A stretch of 64,000 nt of DNA from Mobula birostris (GCF_030028105.1 NC_092374.1:176910057-176974056); one strand, 5' to 3'. Counted from the first letter of the stretch, positions 1-12,989 are shown. The notes: generated by a model from the sequence alone, not told the origin. A program made the numbers and translations.

Positions 1-569
1 TAATTCCATAAGCTCCAGACTCACTTTCAAGGACTCTTTACAACTCATATTTGTACTTATAGTTTGTCTTCTTTTCCACAGTGGTTGATTGTCAGATTTT
101 GTTTATTTTTTTTATTGTATTTCTTTGTTCCCTTTACATGCCTGCAAGAAAAGGAATCCGGAGGTAGTATATGGTTACATCATATGTAGTTTATATAGTT
201 TAGATAATAAATTTACATTGAAATGTATATCCTTCACTCTCATATACCTCAGACGCCTCACTCTCCGGTAGATCTCAGTCTCCTGTCATCCTTGCCCTCA
301 ATGTTCACCCACACTCCTCACTGTTACCCTCATTCCTGCACCATCACGCTTTGCCTCCTTCACTCGGCACCACTCACCCTCAGTCCTGAACATGTCACCC
401 TCACTCCTGTACCACTCACTTTCCACTACTGCTCTCACTCATGAAATGAACCACACTCCCTACCTCCCACACTTCACTCCTGCTTTGCCTCCAGCCACTC
501 TGCTGCCCAATGTCAACTAGTCGCTCTGTGTGCAACCATCAGAAAACACTCTCATTCAGCAAAGTGATG

Positions 570-895
570 CAGAAGAGAGAGTCACTGCCTCATAGCATCA
601 GAGACCTAACTTTGAAATGACTTCTGGTACTGTCTGTGAGGAGTTTGCAAATTCCTTCTTTGACTCCCACAAGTGCTTCAGTTTTCTCTCCTCATTCCAA
701 AGGCAAGACAGATTAGGAGGTAAATTGACTGCTGTAAATTGTCTCTAAAGTGTGGGAATTGGGGGAAATTATTGAAATGTGTGACAAAGAAATGGGATCA
801 GTGTAGAATTTGAGCAAATGGGCGGTTGATAGCCATCATAAACTTGGTGGGTCAAAGGGTCTAGTACTGTGCTGTATAAGTCTACATCCATGTGC
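570..895 (+). mobile_element. Degenerate V-SINE (HE1-like, tRNA-derived)
   Basis: V-domain-like core ctgtctgtgaggagtttgca...ttccaaag...taaattgactgctgtaaattgtc followed by a CR1-like tail ending gtgctgtat. Confidence 0.6.
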
Positions 896-1089
896 AAGAA
901 ACAACAGGGAGTTAACAGTCTAATTGTGCAAAAAGAACCAACTGATACAACTAAGTTGAGTGCCTGTTTGAAAAGCAAAACTTTAAAAAGTTACACAGCA
1001 TAGAAACGGGCTATCCAGCCCAGTGTCCACACTGCCTAGAAAGCAAGAAGTTTTACTAGTCCTATATTTTTATTTCATTCTCCCCATGT

Positions 1090-1440
1090 TATCACAGTCT
1101 TCTGCTCAGATTCTGCCCATCACCCAGACACTAGCGGCAATTTACAGTTGCCAATTAATGCAGCTACCTGTGCATCATTCGGATGAGGAAGGAAACCAAA
1201 CCACCCAGGAAGAATTCCAAGGGGTTAAGGGAGAATGAGCAACTCTGAATTATCTGTAGCAGGTGCCTTGTGTAACTCAACTTCCTCTCCTCATTGTGCT
1301 TTAGTTGCAAAATCTGTGACCACATTGGTTTCCACCAGATCTTCCTGTTTCCTTCCCTGTCTATGAAATTTCCGTTATGTTCCTTGTTAGCAAACAGCTA
1401 TAAGTTCCTCCTAGTGTGTGAGTGAGTATGAAATCTGGGG
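1090..1440 (-). mobile_element. Degenerate V-SINE
   Basis: Reverse-strand V-domain motif (ggcaatttacagttgccaattaat...ggaaaccaaaccacccaggaag). Confidence 0.5.
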
Positions 1441-2051
1441 GGAGGGGGAGGAGTACATGAAAATGTGGAGAGAGTGAAATGTAGGAAGTGGGCTGGCACA
1501 GACTCAACAGTCTGAAGGACCAGTCTCTCTATGGCTAAGTGCTGTTACAAATAGAAATGAAGAGATAGACTGGGGAAGACAGAACATAGCTGAGAAATCA
1601 ATTCCAAAGACTTTGAACATGCACAGATGGATCAGAATGCTTTTTGCCCCTTGACTGCAGGGAGATGATTGATCTGGCTACATAGATTTGGGACTAATTC
1701 CATTGAAGCACATTTTCACCTGGTCTAATCCAAATTGATAATTACAGGGAAGTACTATACTTCTGGAGTGATGGACTCCACCATTGGAGCAATGACACTG
1801 ATTCACATTCAGAAGTGAATTATCTGAAAGACCATTGCTGAGAGAGTGATGCAGTGTCAAAGGTGCAGTGCTGGGGGAGCACTGTGGCATTGGTGAGTTG
1901 CATTGTTGCGCAGAGAGAGCAGTGCATGGTCAAATACTAGGTAGTGGGGCAATGTTGTAGCATTGCATGTCTGCACCCTTGGGGGGGGGATGCTGTGCTG
2001 AGAATGGGTTGCATTGTCAGAGATGGTATTAAGTGAATGCTGCATGATCAG

Positions 2052-3155
2052 AGAGATTCCCTTCTGCAGTCATCAATGATGCCCTCACTCACATCTCCTC
2101 CATTTCCCTCACTTCAGCTCTCACCCCATCCTCCAACCACCACAACAGGGACAGAGTTCCCCTTGTCCTCACCTACCACCCCACCAGCCTCTGGATCCAG
2201 CAGATTATCCTCCGCAACTTACGCCACCTTCAACAGGACCCCACCACTAAGTACATCTTTCCCTCTCCACCCCTCTCCACTTTCCGCAGGGATCTACCCC
2301 CTCCGTGACCCCCTGGTCCAAAGGTCACTCCCCACAGATCTCCCACCTGGCACTTATCCCTGTAAGCGCAAATGCTACACCTGTCCCTACACCTCCTCTC
2401 TTGCCACCATTCAGGGCCCCAAACAGTCCTTCTAGGTGAGGCAACACTTCACTTGGGGTCATTTGGGGTCATCTATTGCATCCAGTGTTCCCGGTGCGGC
2501 CTCCTCTACATCGGTGAAACCCGACGCAGATTGGGGGACCGCTTCGTCGAGCACCTCCGCTCCATCCGCCACAACAGACAGGATCTCCCAGTAGCCACCC
2601 ACTTCAACTCTGCTTCCCACTCCCATTCAGATATGTCCATACATGGCCTCCTCTACTGCCATGATGAGGCTAAACACAGGTTGGAGGAGCAATACCTCAT
2701 ATACCGTCTGGGTAGTCTCCAGCCCCTTGGTATGAACATAGAATTCTCCAACTTCCGGTAATTCCCTCCCCCTACCTTCCTCTATCCCTATTTCACTCTG
2801 CCCCCTCCCCCAGCTGCCTATCACCTCCCTCATCTTTCCGCCTCTTTCTACTACCCCTTGTGTTTTCCCCTATTCTTTCTTCACCTTCCCTGCCTATCAC
2901 CTCCCTGTCTCCCCTCCCGGACCCCTTTCTCTTTCCCCTTACTGGTTTTTCACCTGGAACCTACCAGCCTTCTCCTTCCCACCCTCCCCCCACCTTCTTT
3001 AGAGGGCCTCTGCCCCTTCCCCCTGCTGTACTGACGAAGAGTTCTGGCCTGAAACATCGACCGATCTTTTCCACGGATGCTGCCCGACCAGCTGAGTTCC
3101 TCCAGCGTGTTGTGAGTGTTGCTTTGACCCCAGCATCTGCAGATTATTTTGTGTT
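2052..3155 (+). mobile_element. 5'-truncated Penelope-like element: RT thumb/linker, GIY-YIG endonuclease and pLTR
   Basis: Translation gives RVPLVLTYHP...GTYPCKRKCYTCPY then GVIYCIQCSRCGLLYIGETRRRLGDRFVEH...LQPLGMNIEFSNFR*, with a stop and a frameshift; pyrimidine-rich pLTR follows. Confidence 0.92.
3027..3062 (+). ncRNA. Degenerate minimal type I hammerhead ribozyme motif in PLE pLTR
   Basis: CTGACGA-agagttctggcct-GAAAC-ATC; core boxes present, stem II and helix III degenerate. Confidence 0.6.
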
Positions 3156-3284
3156 AATTATCAGAGAGCAGTTCAGCAATATTTCTACACTTGTGTTTCA
3201 GGGAACAGGACAGTCCCTTTGGCCCATGATGTTGCTTCGACCAATAAAAATGTATTGCGTGATCTTTAATCTTAATCTTTCCTC

Positions 3285-3590
3285 CTAGCACTGCATCTAA
3301 CCCTCTATTTTTGTTACATCCATGTGCCTATCTAAGAGACTTCTAAATATCCCTGTTGTATCAGTATCTACCACCACCCCCAGCAGTGCATTCCAAACAC
3401 CCGCCATTCACTGTCAGTGAAACTACTTTTGACATCTCCCATAAACTTCCCTCCCTTCACCTTAAACTGATGTCTCCTGGTATTCGCCATGGCCACCTTG
3501 GGAAAAAGTTGCTGGAATTTCACTCTATTGATGCCTCTCATACACCATTAGTAAGTCACCTCCCATCTTCCATAGAGAGTACAGGTGCCT
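3285..3590 (-). mobile_element. CR1 (HER1-like) 3' end fragment
   Basis: Reverse complement of the CR1 RT C-terminus/3' UTR (catccatgtgcctatctaagag...accaccacccccagcagtgcattcca). Confidence 0.65.
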
Positions 3591-3654
3591 TGCCAGAGTC
3601 TTGGTATTGATGGAATTTTACGTGATCAGAGAGCAGTTCAGATGTTTTCCTTAC

Positions 3655-3950
3655 TGTCAAAGGTGCTGTGTTTCAGTTAAAACATTAGACCAATCCTCTT
3701 CTGCATCTCAGGTGTAGAAAATCCCACAATATGTTTTAAAGTGCAGGAGAGCTGTCACCACATTCAGGCCAATGTTCCCCTCAGCCCACGGCTAAGAAGT
3801 GTCTGGTAATTATTTGATTGCTCTGGGTGGGATCTCGCTGTTCACAAATAGAATACCCCATTCCTACATCACAACTTGGCTGCACCCCAGCAGCATTTAT
3901 GGACGGTAAAACACTTCCTGGACATCCCATGATAGTGAAAGGGTTAAAGG
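3655..3950 (+). mobile_element. Ancient Deu-domain SINE (SacSINE/AmnSINE-like)
   Basis: Colinear similarity to the recalled Deu-domain layout: ggtgctgtgtttcag...ctcaggtgtagaaaatccca...ggccaatgttcccctca...gtgggatctcgctgttcacaaat...cctacatcacaac...gtgaaagg. Confidence 0.55.
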
Positions 3951-4609
3951 CTTGGAGGTGCTGGATGTCTGAAAGATCATCAAATGCAGAAATCCCATGG
4001 ATAATAAAAAAATTACTTGTAGCACTTGGTGATCTTACTTCAAGTTTCAGAACAACCTGTGGGACTGAAGCACTCACTGAACCCAGGCACTCCCTGGACC
4101 ATATTCAGTGCTGGGACCACGCATATTCCCCCAATAACTCTCCCCTAGGTGCCTCGAAAACACAGGGAGGTAGTACTGAATAACACAGGGATGCCATGTC
4201 TGCTTCAAGCATTCCTGCAGTGAGCTGAGAGTACATTTTTTAGTCACCTGAAGCTGGACAGGGATTTTCCCAAACCCTTGGGACTCCCCGTGCCTGTAGA
4301 GGTAATCAGCACAATCAGGTCAGTCTCCAGTCTGCTCTTTCCCCTCCATCACAGCCTGTGTTTCAGTGAGAACAAGGCAAATGGCCAGAGCAGCAACTCT
4401 TAAAAACATCAGGTGAAAACAGACCCTTCTGCATATGGGGTTCTTTCCCCTGCATCAGGGTACAGAAACACTTTCTTCAGCCTACATAGCCTGTGCTGAG
4501 TATCCATCCCCATACACAATAATCCCATTTTACTCTCCTTCACACTTCTCAACTGCCCCCAGATTCTACTGCTCTCCTGCACACACCTGCTCGATACTGA
4601 AAGGTCCAG

Positions 4610-4940
4610 ATTGAGTGAACATGGGGAGGATATTTTCATCAGCAGGAGAGTCTAGGATCTGAAGGCACACCAGAATAAAGGGACTTCTTTTTAATACTGG
4701 AATGAGGAGGAATTTATTCAGCCTGAATCTGTGGAATTTGTTCCCACTGAGGGCTGTGAAAGCCAAGTTGTTTGGGTATTTAAGGCAGAAATTGATAGGT
4801 CCTCGATTGGTAAGGGGGTGAAGGGTTTTGCGTGGAAGAATGGTGAATGGAGTTCAGAAAATAATCAGCCATAATTTAATGATGGAGCAGACCAGAAGGG
4901 CAAAATAGACTAATTCTGTTCCTATATCTATTGTCTTATA
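4610..4940 (+). mobile_element. CR1 (HER1-like) 3' end
   Basis: RT C-terminal remnant (tgaggaggaatttattcagcc...gtggaatttgttccca) and 3' UTR ending tctattgtcttat. Confidence 0.75.
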
Positions 4941-5199
4941 TCCTCTCTATTCATCTCCACTTCCTCAATATTCTCTATTTTTTCACTCTTTGCCCGAGCC
5001 TTCCCCCTCTAATTTTCCTTACCACTGGAGATCAAAGCACAGAAGATCTATCAAGCTTTTTAATCAATTGTCAGTGTGAGATTCAAGGATCAGTAGCTTT
5101 GTCCCTACTATTCGTTATCTTTCTAACCCTAACTTTTCTCCCCTGTTTCAGCTCTACTGAAACTAAACATCTTTTCTTTCTCCATAGATACAGAGCGAT

Positions 5200-6250
5200 C
5201 TCAAATATTTCCAGCAGAGATACCAAGCCTGAGAAGATGTAGCTCTCTTAACTTTGCCAATTCAGTATATAAGGCATTGACACGTGGCAGTGTGGTGTTT
5301 TGAGCAATGGAAAAACAGAGATCCAAAGCGTGAGAAGACGTAGCTCACTCGGGTTTGCTGATTGAGTATATAAGGCATTGACACGTGGCAGTTTGGGGTT
5401 TTAAGCAATGGTCAATCAGTGATCAGCGTTGATCGGTAAGAACAAATTAAATGAAGGCAGGGACAAGTGGAGTAGCCATCATTTGAGTGGATAGTCAGAG
5501 TGGGGATTTTGAGATTTTAGCTTCGAAGCTTCAGTGAGAGAAAGTGGAAAACTGTAGGTAGATATTTTCCCAACAATTTATTGTTCTTCCCTTCTTTTTA
5601 TTAAAAACAGTAGGGATGACAGGCAGGATAGTGGAATGCTCCTCCTGCGGGATGTGGGAGGGCAGGGAGACCTCCAGTATCCCTAATGAGAAGTGCATCC
5701 AGCTGCAGCTTTTAACAATCACTTTAACGAATTGGGGCTGGAACTAGATGAACTCCAGATCGTTCAGGAAGCTGAGAGGGTGATAAATAGAAAATATAGA
5801 GAGGTAGTTACAGCAAAGGCACAGGACACAGGAAATTGAGTGACAGTCAGGAAGGGAATGGGATTAAACAGCCAGTGCAGAGTACCCCTGTGGCCATCTC
5901 TCTCAACAACAGGAATATCAATTTGGATATTTTGCAGGGGGGAGGGTGGAATGACCAGGTAGAGGAAAGTCACAGTGGTCAGGTCTCTGGCATTTAGTCT
6001 GGCTCTGTGATTCATAAGAAAATGTGGAAAAAGAGGTGAGCAGTGGTGATTTTTAACAAAAGTAACAACAGGAATTCTGCAAATGCTGGAAATTCAAGTA
6101 ACACACCTTAGTGGTGATAGTGGATTTGTTAGTTAGAGAAATAGAAAGGAGTTCAAGGAGTTAGGTACTAAGTTAAAGGGCAGGACCTCCAAAGTTGTGA
6201 TCTCAGGATTGTTACGTACCACATGCCAGTGAGGCTAGAAGTAGGAAGCT
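5200..6250 (+). mobile_element. CR1 5' portion: 5' UTR and decayed ORF1 (PHD-like N-terminus, esterase remnant)
   Basis: From about 5617 MTGRIVECSSCGMWEGRETSSIPNEKCIQLQLL; later aaaggcaggacctccaaagttgtgatctcaggattg (SGNH esterase region). Confidence 0.75.
5225..5430 (+). repeat. Two-copy tandem duplication (period 101 bp) with identical TATA plus E-box core
   Basis: AGTATATAAGGCATTGACACGTGGCAGT identical at 5264-5291 and 5365-5392; flanks also similar. Confidence 0.9.
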
Positions 6251-6521
6251 TTTAATTTTTACTATTGTTTAAATCCTTTTATTGACAAGAGCTCAACCAA
6301 TCAGTGACTTCCAAATCATTCCGCACCATTCATTAACTCCTTTTTGACCGATTTTGGATTAGATTAGATTAGATTATGAGGACACGCAGTCCTCTTTTAT
6401 TGTCATTTCATAAAGCATGCATTAAGAAATGACACAATATTTCTCCGGTGTGATATCACAGAAACGCAGGAGAGAACAAGACTGAATAACTGAAAAAACC
6501 CACATAATTATAACATATAGT

Positions 6522-8515
6522 TACGCTGATGGTTTACTGGTTTATATATCCAATCCCGAGGAATCTATTCCTGCCTTGTTAAAATTATTTAATAAATTTG
6601 GAGATTTTTCAGGATAGGAAACAAATTTCAGTAAAAGTGAACTGTTTCCTTTAAATGAATCTGTTTCTATATATGATAATACTTCTTTCAAAGTCAGATT
6701 CCGTTAGATATTTAGGTGTTATAATCACTGAAAAATATAAGGATCTTTATTAAGCTAATTTTGTTCCCTTGGTAGATTCGATGAAGTATTTATTTAGTAG
6801 ATGGAACCCACTTACATTTTCACTTGCTGGTCGCATCCATATAGTCAAAATAATGATTTTGCCAAAATTTTTATATTTATTTCAGAATATCCATGTTTTT
6901 CTGACTAAGACGTTTTTTGATCGGATTGATTCCATTATTTTATCTTTTATTTGGAATAATGAAAGACCAAGAATTAGTTAATGTCACTTACAAAATTTGA
7001 AAAAGGATGGAGGTCTTGCTTTGCCTAATTTAAGAATGTATTACTGGGCTGTTAATGTGCGATATATAACCTTTTGGTTACACTGGGTTGATAAAAAAGA
7101 TCGGCCAATTTGGGTAGACTTGGAATTGAAAGCTATGAAACAGTTCTATTTAACCTCGTTATTGGGAGCTGCTTTACCTATACAATTAGCTAAAGTTGCT
7201 AATTTAAATTTGTACCTTGTGATTAAGCACTCTTTACAATCTTGGCTCCAGTTCCATATTTTTTAAAATTTTAAACAAATTAAACTTTGTAGTTTAATTT
7301 ATCGTAATTATTTTTTTAAGCCTTCTTTGAGTGATCCATTTTTTCACTTTAGAGAAATAAAGGTATTAATTCTTTCTCAGATTTATTTAAAGAAGATAGA
7401 CTGATGTATTTTGAACAGTTAGTTGATAAATATTCTCTTTCATATTCACACTTTTTACATTACCTTCAAGTTAGACATTTCTTACAAAAATATTTAACTA
7501 ATTTTCCTTATATATTGGATGCCGACTTGTTAGATACTATTATGAGTATGAACCCTTTGATGAAGGCTTCCATTGGATGAATTTATAATTTACTGTTACC
7601 ATGGGATAAGTGTCCTTTATTTAAGATTAAAGAAGATTGGGAAAAGGAACTTAATTTGACTTTTATGACAGAGGTCTGGACGCGGATTCTGAAGTTGGTT
7701 AACTCTTCTTTGATCTGTGCTAGTCATTCACTGATTCAATTTAAAATTGTACATCGTTACTATTTGATGAAGGAGAGATTGTCTAAAATGTTTCCTAATG
7801 TTGATAGTTATTGTGATAGATGTGAAAATGAGACAGCTACACTGACACATATGTTTTGGTCTTGTTCCATACTGGAACAGTTCAGGAAGTCAGTTTTTTC
7901 TACAATTTCTAAAGCACTTAAACTTAATTTACAATGTAACAAATTAACTGTGCTTTTTGGAATAATTCCTCAAAATATCAGCGGTATCTCTTTGTCTGAC
8001 CAAGCATGTTATTGCATTTGTTTCATTGATAGCTAGGAGGGTCATTTTGTTGAAGCAGAAGGATACGTTGTCTCCCATTTTGTCACAATGGTTCTCTCAA
8101 GTGATGCTATGTCTTAGTTTGGAGAAAATTATAAGTCAAACCTTTGAACCTATGTTTGGTTTTGAGAAAAGATGGGGTTCATTTGCTCATTACTATCATT
8201 TGAGTTAACTGATAGATTTCCTCCACGATCTAATTGTAAATTTTTTGTACTTTTTTTCTTGCTGGCGGTTTGATGTTTATCTTTAGAAGCTTTTTGTATG
8301 ACGCATGGCTCCAGGGTTGAACACATAATGGTGATTTTTCTGTCACTTTGCTTTAGTAGAGTTTATTTTTTCCTCTTTTTCTTGTCGCCAGAATTTTTTC
8401 AATCTTTAAAACAATTTTTTTATCTCTTGAGATATTGTAAGTATTGCCTACTTCGATATACTCTTGTTAATTTTGGATAATCATGATAAAAAGATTTGAA
8501 AAGAAAGAAAGAAAG
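6522..8515 (+). mobile_element. 5'-truncated L1 (ORF2 RT C-half, zinc knuckle, 3' UTR, A-rich tail)
   Basis: Starts at YADG-LLVYISNP; SLAGRIHIVKIMILPKFLYLFQ; GGLALPNLRMYYWA; QFKIVHRYY; CDRC...HMFWSC; ends in an aaaag(aaag)n tail. Multiple stops and frameshifts. Confidence 0.92.
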
Positions 8516-8619
8516 ATTATACAGTTGCGGCTAAGGATTTGGTGTAGGAGGCAGGGCTTCATATTGATGGATCATTGGGCTTTCGTCTGTTATTCTTCCC
8601 TTAAGGCACTACCAGCGGA

Positions 8620-9170
8620 GTGGTGCAGCTGGTAGCCCTGCAGCTTAACTGTAGACACAGGTTCAGTTCTGATTTTGGGTGATATCTGTGGGCAGTTTGC
8701 ATGTTTCTCCTGTGACTCCATGGGTATCTGCTGGGTGCTCCTCCCTCATTCCAAAGACATGGCAGATCAGGAGGTAAATTAGCTGCTGCAGGTTGTTATT
8801 TTATTCACTCCAGATTCTTATCATCTTCTCCCTCAACTCCAGATTCTACCCCTGACTCACACACTAGGGGCAAGTTACAGCTGCCAATTAATGCACCAAC
8901 CTATGCATCATTGGGGTAGGGGAGGAAACCTGGACACCCAGGAGTTACAGGAAAAAAAAGCAAGTCTGATTTTTCTGCAGCAGGCACCTCATGAGACCCT
9001 TCCACTTCCTCTCTCCTCGTCGTGTCTCTATTGAAAACTCTGTGACCCCGTAGCTTCCCCTGGATGTTCCAATTTCTTGTCCTGCCCCAAAAATGTTCCC
9101 TGTTTGGTTTAACTGACTGTTGTAAGTTCCCCCTAATCCATGGATGAGTATGAAAACCTGAGGAGCTTTC
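8620..9170. mobile_element. Pair of degenerate V-SINEs (+ at about 8620-8790, - at about 8800-9170)
   Basis: V-domain motifs in both orientations (tttgcatgtttctcctgtgactccatgggt...ccaaagac; gggcaagttacagctgccaattaat). Confidence 0.55.
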
Positions 9171-9176
9171 AGGAGA

Positions 9177-9575
9177 ATACTTACTTACTTACTGCCTGTT
9201 ACACTGCTTACATTTAGGGCAGCAATGAAGGTCCTCCATCGCTGGTGGTATTCAAGGCTCCCTTAATCGTGACAGTAGCTTCTACTCGGTTTTCACTACT
9301 GTCAGTCATTGAAGTCCTGGGTGGACCATTGCACTCAGATGCAGAAGGATTCTTAATTACTGTTTCCATAACAAGTTTGTGTTACCAGTCAGGGGTATTA
9401 CCCCAGAGCTGAACCCTGAACCTGGAGGACCGGTGGACCACTCTTAGTCTGTCCTCTACCCTTTGACCTGTTCGGCATGGGTGACCCTGCCAAGAACCAA
9501 AACATGAAGCCCTGACTCCAGCCAACAGTCCTCCAGATGAATGAGGCACACCAGCCTCCAAACCACAACAGGCCT
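9177..9575 (-). mobile_element. Non-autonomous RTE-derived element/SINE
   Basis: (TAAG)n 3' tail (tacttacttactta on +); RTE-type 5' UTR motif ggtcacccatgcc-aacaggtcaaagggtagagg-cagactaagagtggtcc; 3' end gatggaggaccttcattgctgccct. Confidence 0.65.
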
Positions 9576-9689
9576 GTCTCTATGGCTCAGTGGAGTTATG
9601 GGTGTAAGTGTGAAAGGATGCATTGGAAAAAGAAGAACAGTTTCATTAAAGAAATTTGTCTTCTGAAAAGGGACTCCTAGGTAACTGGT

Positions 9690-10135
9690 GGACTGAGGAA
9701 GTGTGTGAGACGACAGGCAGGTAGGGAAGGTGAGCAGAATTGGAGTTGGGAGACAGTGGAAGGTAAATGATAGATGAAGGAAGACAAAGAAAGAGGAAAG
9801 AGGAAAGAAAAACAGATGGAGAAGGACAATGTGAGGACAGGAGAAATCTGGTGGAGGGAGGTAAGAAGGGTGATATATGAGTAAAGAAGGGTGGGGATGA
9901 AGGTGAGCGGGAAGCTAGGGGTGGGAAAGGGGACAAAAGTGGGAGGACTGGAAGGTCAGAAGGAGAGGTAGGAAAAACGGATATGTGGAGAGGGGTTAAA
10001 GTGGGTGGAAGGTGTGTTAAACTAAAATTGAACAACTGAGTATTCATGCCATTGAGTCATAAACAATCCAGGCTGTCTATAAGATGTTACTCCTCCAGTC
10101 TGCATTGTGCTTCATCCTGGCAGTGGAGAAGGTCT
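9690..10135 (-). mobile_element. Old PLE endonuclease end and pLTR remnant
   Basis: Purine-rich tract on + plus attgaacaactgagtattcatgccattgag, the reverse of the L.P.GMN.EF motif. Confidence 0.55.
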
Positions 10136-10309
10136 GTGGATTTACAGGAACTAATTTGTAGAAAGATCGCATGCTGTTGCAAGAAACTTAAGGTTGTGAT
10201 AGTATGTGAATTTGACATTTCACACATTGACTGGGACTCCCATACTGTAAAAGGATTGGATGGAATAGAGTTTGTGAAATGTGTTCAGAAAAGTTTCCTT
10301 GGACACACA

Positions 10310-11437
10310 GGAAATCTACATTGAGCACAGGTCCAGCCACTTTAGCCAGGACAAAGTCCCATGTGTAATGTCACCCACTGAAGCAGAGCGACACCCATCG
10401 TGTCCTTTAAGTCTGGATCTTGCTGCCATTGTCAGCCTCCAGAAAGATCTCATAGCTCTTTGCCTTCTCCTCAATGGGCTATGCTGGCAGCACACACACT
10501 TGAGCACGTGTCACACAGGAAGCGTCACCTTGAATAGATGTCCATAATGAATAGCAGCCAACCCTGGTAGTTGAAGCTCATGGTGTTCACAGATCTCTGA
10601 TGTCCCAATGTGCTGGAATTGTCAAAGCAGAAAATGGCCGGCACTTCTTCATGTTTGGAATAAAGTGAGCATGATAAAAGCACAGACCCAGCATTGTTTG
10701 TTTCACAGCCACTGGCATCTTCTTGGTGGGGGCCGTTCTGACTGGGCTTATTGAGGTAGAGAAAGGAGGAGGAATGATGCACCGCTGCCTAGCTGAGTGT
10801 AGACTATCAGCCTTTTTAGCAAGCTCACTATAGTCCTTCACGGGTGCATTAGTGAGGGCTATGCAAACTTGATCAAGCATTAGCTACATGAAGAGCTTTT
10901 TAAAAATAAAACAAAGATGCTGATTTCCCAGGAGATACAAAATGTGTTCCATTATCTCCAAAGGCCTAGCATCACCATGACTGGATAAGGAGAAGAACTG
11001 TTTGGCACACACAGACTCCAACCATCCAAAAGTGTGTAAAAGTGTAGTTTTCAGCAATTGGTAGTTATCATGTTCAGGTGGGTGTTCAAGCAGACTCACC
11101 ACTCTCGTAGCCATAGAAATGCTGAGCGATGCTACCATGTGGTAAAATTTGGTGTCATTGGTGGTGATTTATTGCAGAGTGAACTAGGCCTCAGCTTGTA
11201 TGATAAAAGTGACGGCACTTTGCTTGCAAAACTTTGGCAGTTTCAAAGCGACTGTGTTACCGGACGTGTTCAATAATTCTGGAATCATCTGAGAGCCTGT
11301 AACACGTTTAAAACTCCAAAACACACTAAAAATCTTTATGTAACGTCATCATGTCAGACCAGCCTCTTAAAGCGAAAGCCCAACTCAATATCGTGGTTGT
11401 GGATTATGTCCATTTTTCGCAATTACGTTACCCTACA
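10310..11437 (-). mobile_element. Gypsy (CsRn1-like) fragment: short LTR, gag and protease
   Basis: gag TKFYHVVASLS...PPEHDNYQLLK...LCFYHAHF..KKCRP; protease RFL-DTGAQVSVLP; 140-bp TG...CA LTR at 11298-11437. Confidence 0.8.
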
Positions 11438-12539
11438 ATAGTTCCCTGACAGTGGTGCATAGATCCATAGAGTGATGAAGAAGGCATATAGCAGGGTTAC
11501 CTTCATGGGTCTTGACCCAGAATATAGAAGTTGGTACATTATGTTGCAACTTTACAAGATTGGTTAGGCCACTATTGGTGAATACCACATTATGGAATGT
11601 ACTGGCAATGGAGAGAGTCTGGAGTAAATTCAAGGTTTATCTGGATCCACGACCAACCCTCATCTCATTATTACCATCAGGATGATGTTGAGAAGTCTGA
11701 AAACTCACACTAAGCAATTCAGAAACAGTTTCTCCATTATCCAATTTCTGAATGGTCTGCAAACAGTATGTCGTTATTCCTTTTTACACTACTTATTTTA
11801 TTGTTGCACTGTACCTCTGCAACAATGCAAAAGTGAAGCAGAGAATTCATAATTCACCCTCTGGTGTTCCAGACTCCATCCTTGGCACCAGCCACACGTG
11901 TTGTCCACAGTCAGGACCCCAAACTCTGGCCGTACACATTCCCACAGACAGCTGTGGAGGTTAAATAACTTGCGTATATTTAAAGCAGAGATGATAAAGT
12001 CCTTGATGAGAAAGTACATTAAAGGTTATAGGGAGAAAGCAGAATGGACTTGAGGGGGAAAAATAAATCAACCATAATTGAGTGGCAATCTCGATGGACT
12101 GAAAGGACGGATCCCACGCTTATGTCTTGCAGTCACACCCCATGCATACTCTGGACATCCAGCTCACTTCCCGGGATAATGAGTCAGCTAGACACCAAAC
12201 TGTCAAAATTCTGGGATTTTGAATGTTTACGAACATCAAGATCATTGGCCTATGCACAATTTAAGCTCGCAAACCAGGGCAGGGTCTGTCTCAAGACTGT
12301 CCCATCGGTAAGCTTGAAGACAGTCTCCTGTGGATTCTCCAGCTGCAAGAAACACCATGGTCTGGGGTAGTGTCTCATGCTCACAGTGCAGAACAGATCT
12401 AGATCTTTGTACATGGGTAAGCATGCGAGGACACTACAGAGAGTGATTTGACTCTACAGACAGTAGGTCAAACTACACAGGGTTGTAATGAATAGTGGGG
12501 TATTAGCAAGGAGTCTTAGGAAAGGAGTCTGGGATTTAG

Positions 12540-12830
12540 CTACTTGAGGGACAGGGGCCAGTAGCTTGCGGCAGATACAGAAGTGATAAACCTTCAGGTT
12601 TTGAGGGGTTGGGATGGTCAAACGAAGGAAGATGGAGATGGAAAGGGTGATGTATGTAATGACAAAGTGGGGAGAGCATTTCCCTAGAGGAGTTGAACAC
12701 AGAGGAGAAAGGCTTCAAAGATGGATATGTACACACAAAAAGCTGGAGGAACTCAGCTTGACAGCAGGACCTATGGAAGGAAATAGACAGTCAAAGTTTT
12801 GGGCCAAGACTCTTCATCATGATGGGTCTG
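12540..12830 (-). mobile_element. Old PLE pLTR with eroded hammerhead motif (12787-12822)
   Basis: Reverse complement reads atgatgaagagtcttggcccaaaactttgactgtc; pLTR tail acacacaaaaagctggaggaactcagc. Confidence 0.55.
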
Positions 12831-12989
12831 TAGGAGGCTCACAAGGTAAGAAACGAGTGGTCACTTTTTTACGAAACCAGAAAGCAAAGGAACAGACAGT
12901 CAAATAGTTATTTGTGAATCACAGAGTAACATGATATTAGCAAACCACAGCTCTGGTTGGAAACGGTCAGTGCAGAAATACAACACTGC

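Noticed and set aside
230-470. His/Thr/Leu/Pro-rich ORF 223-444
   Set aside because: Low-complexity (cctcact)n-like sequence.
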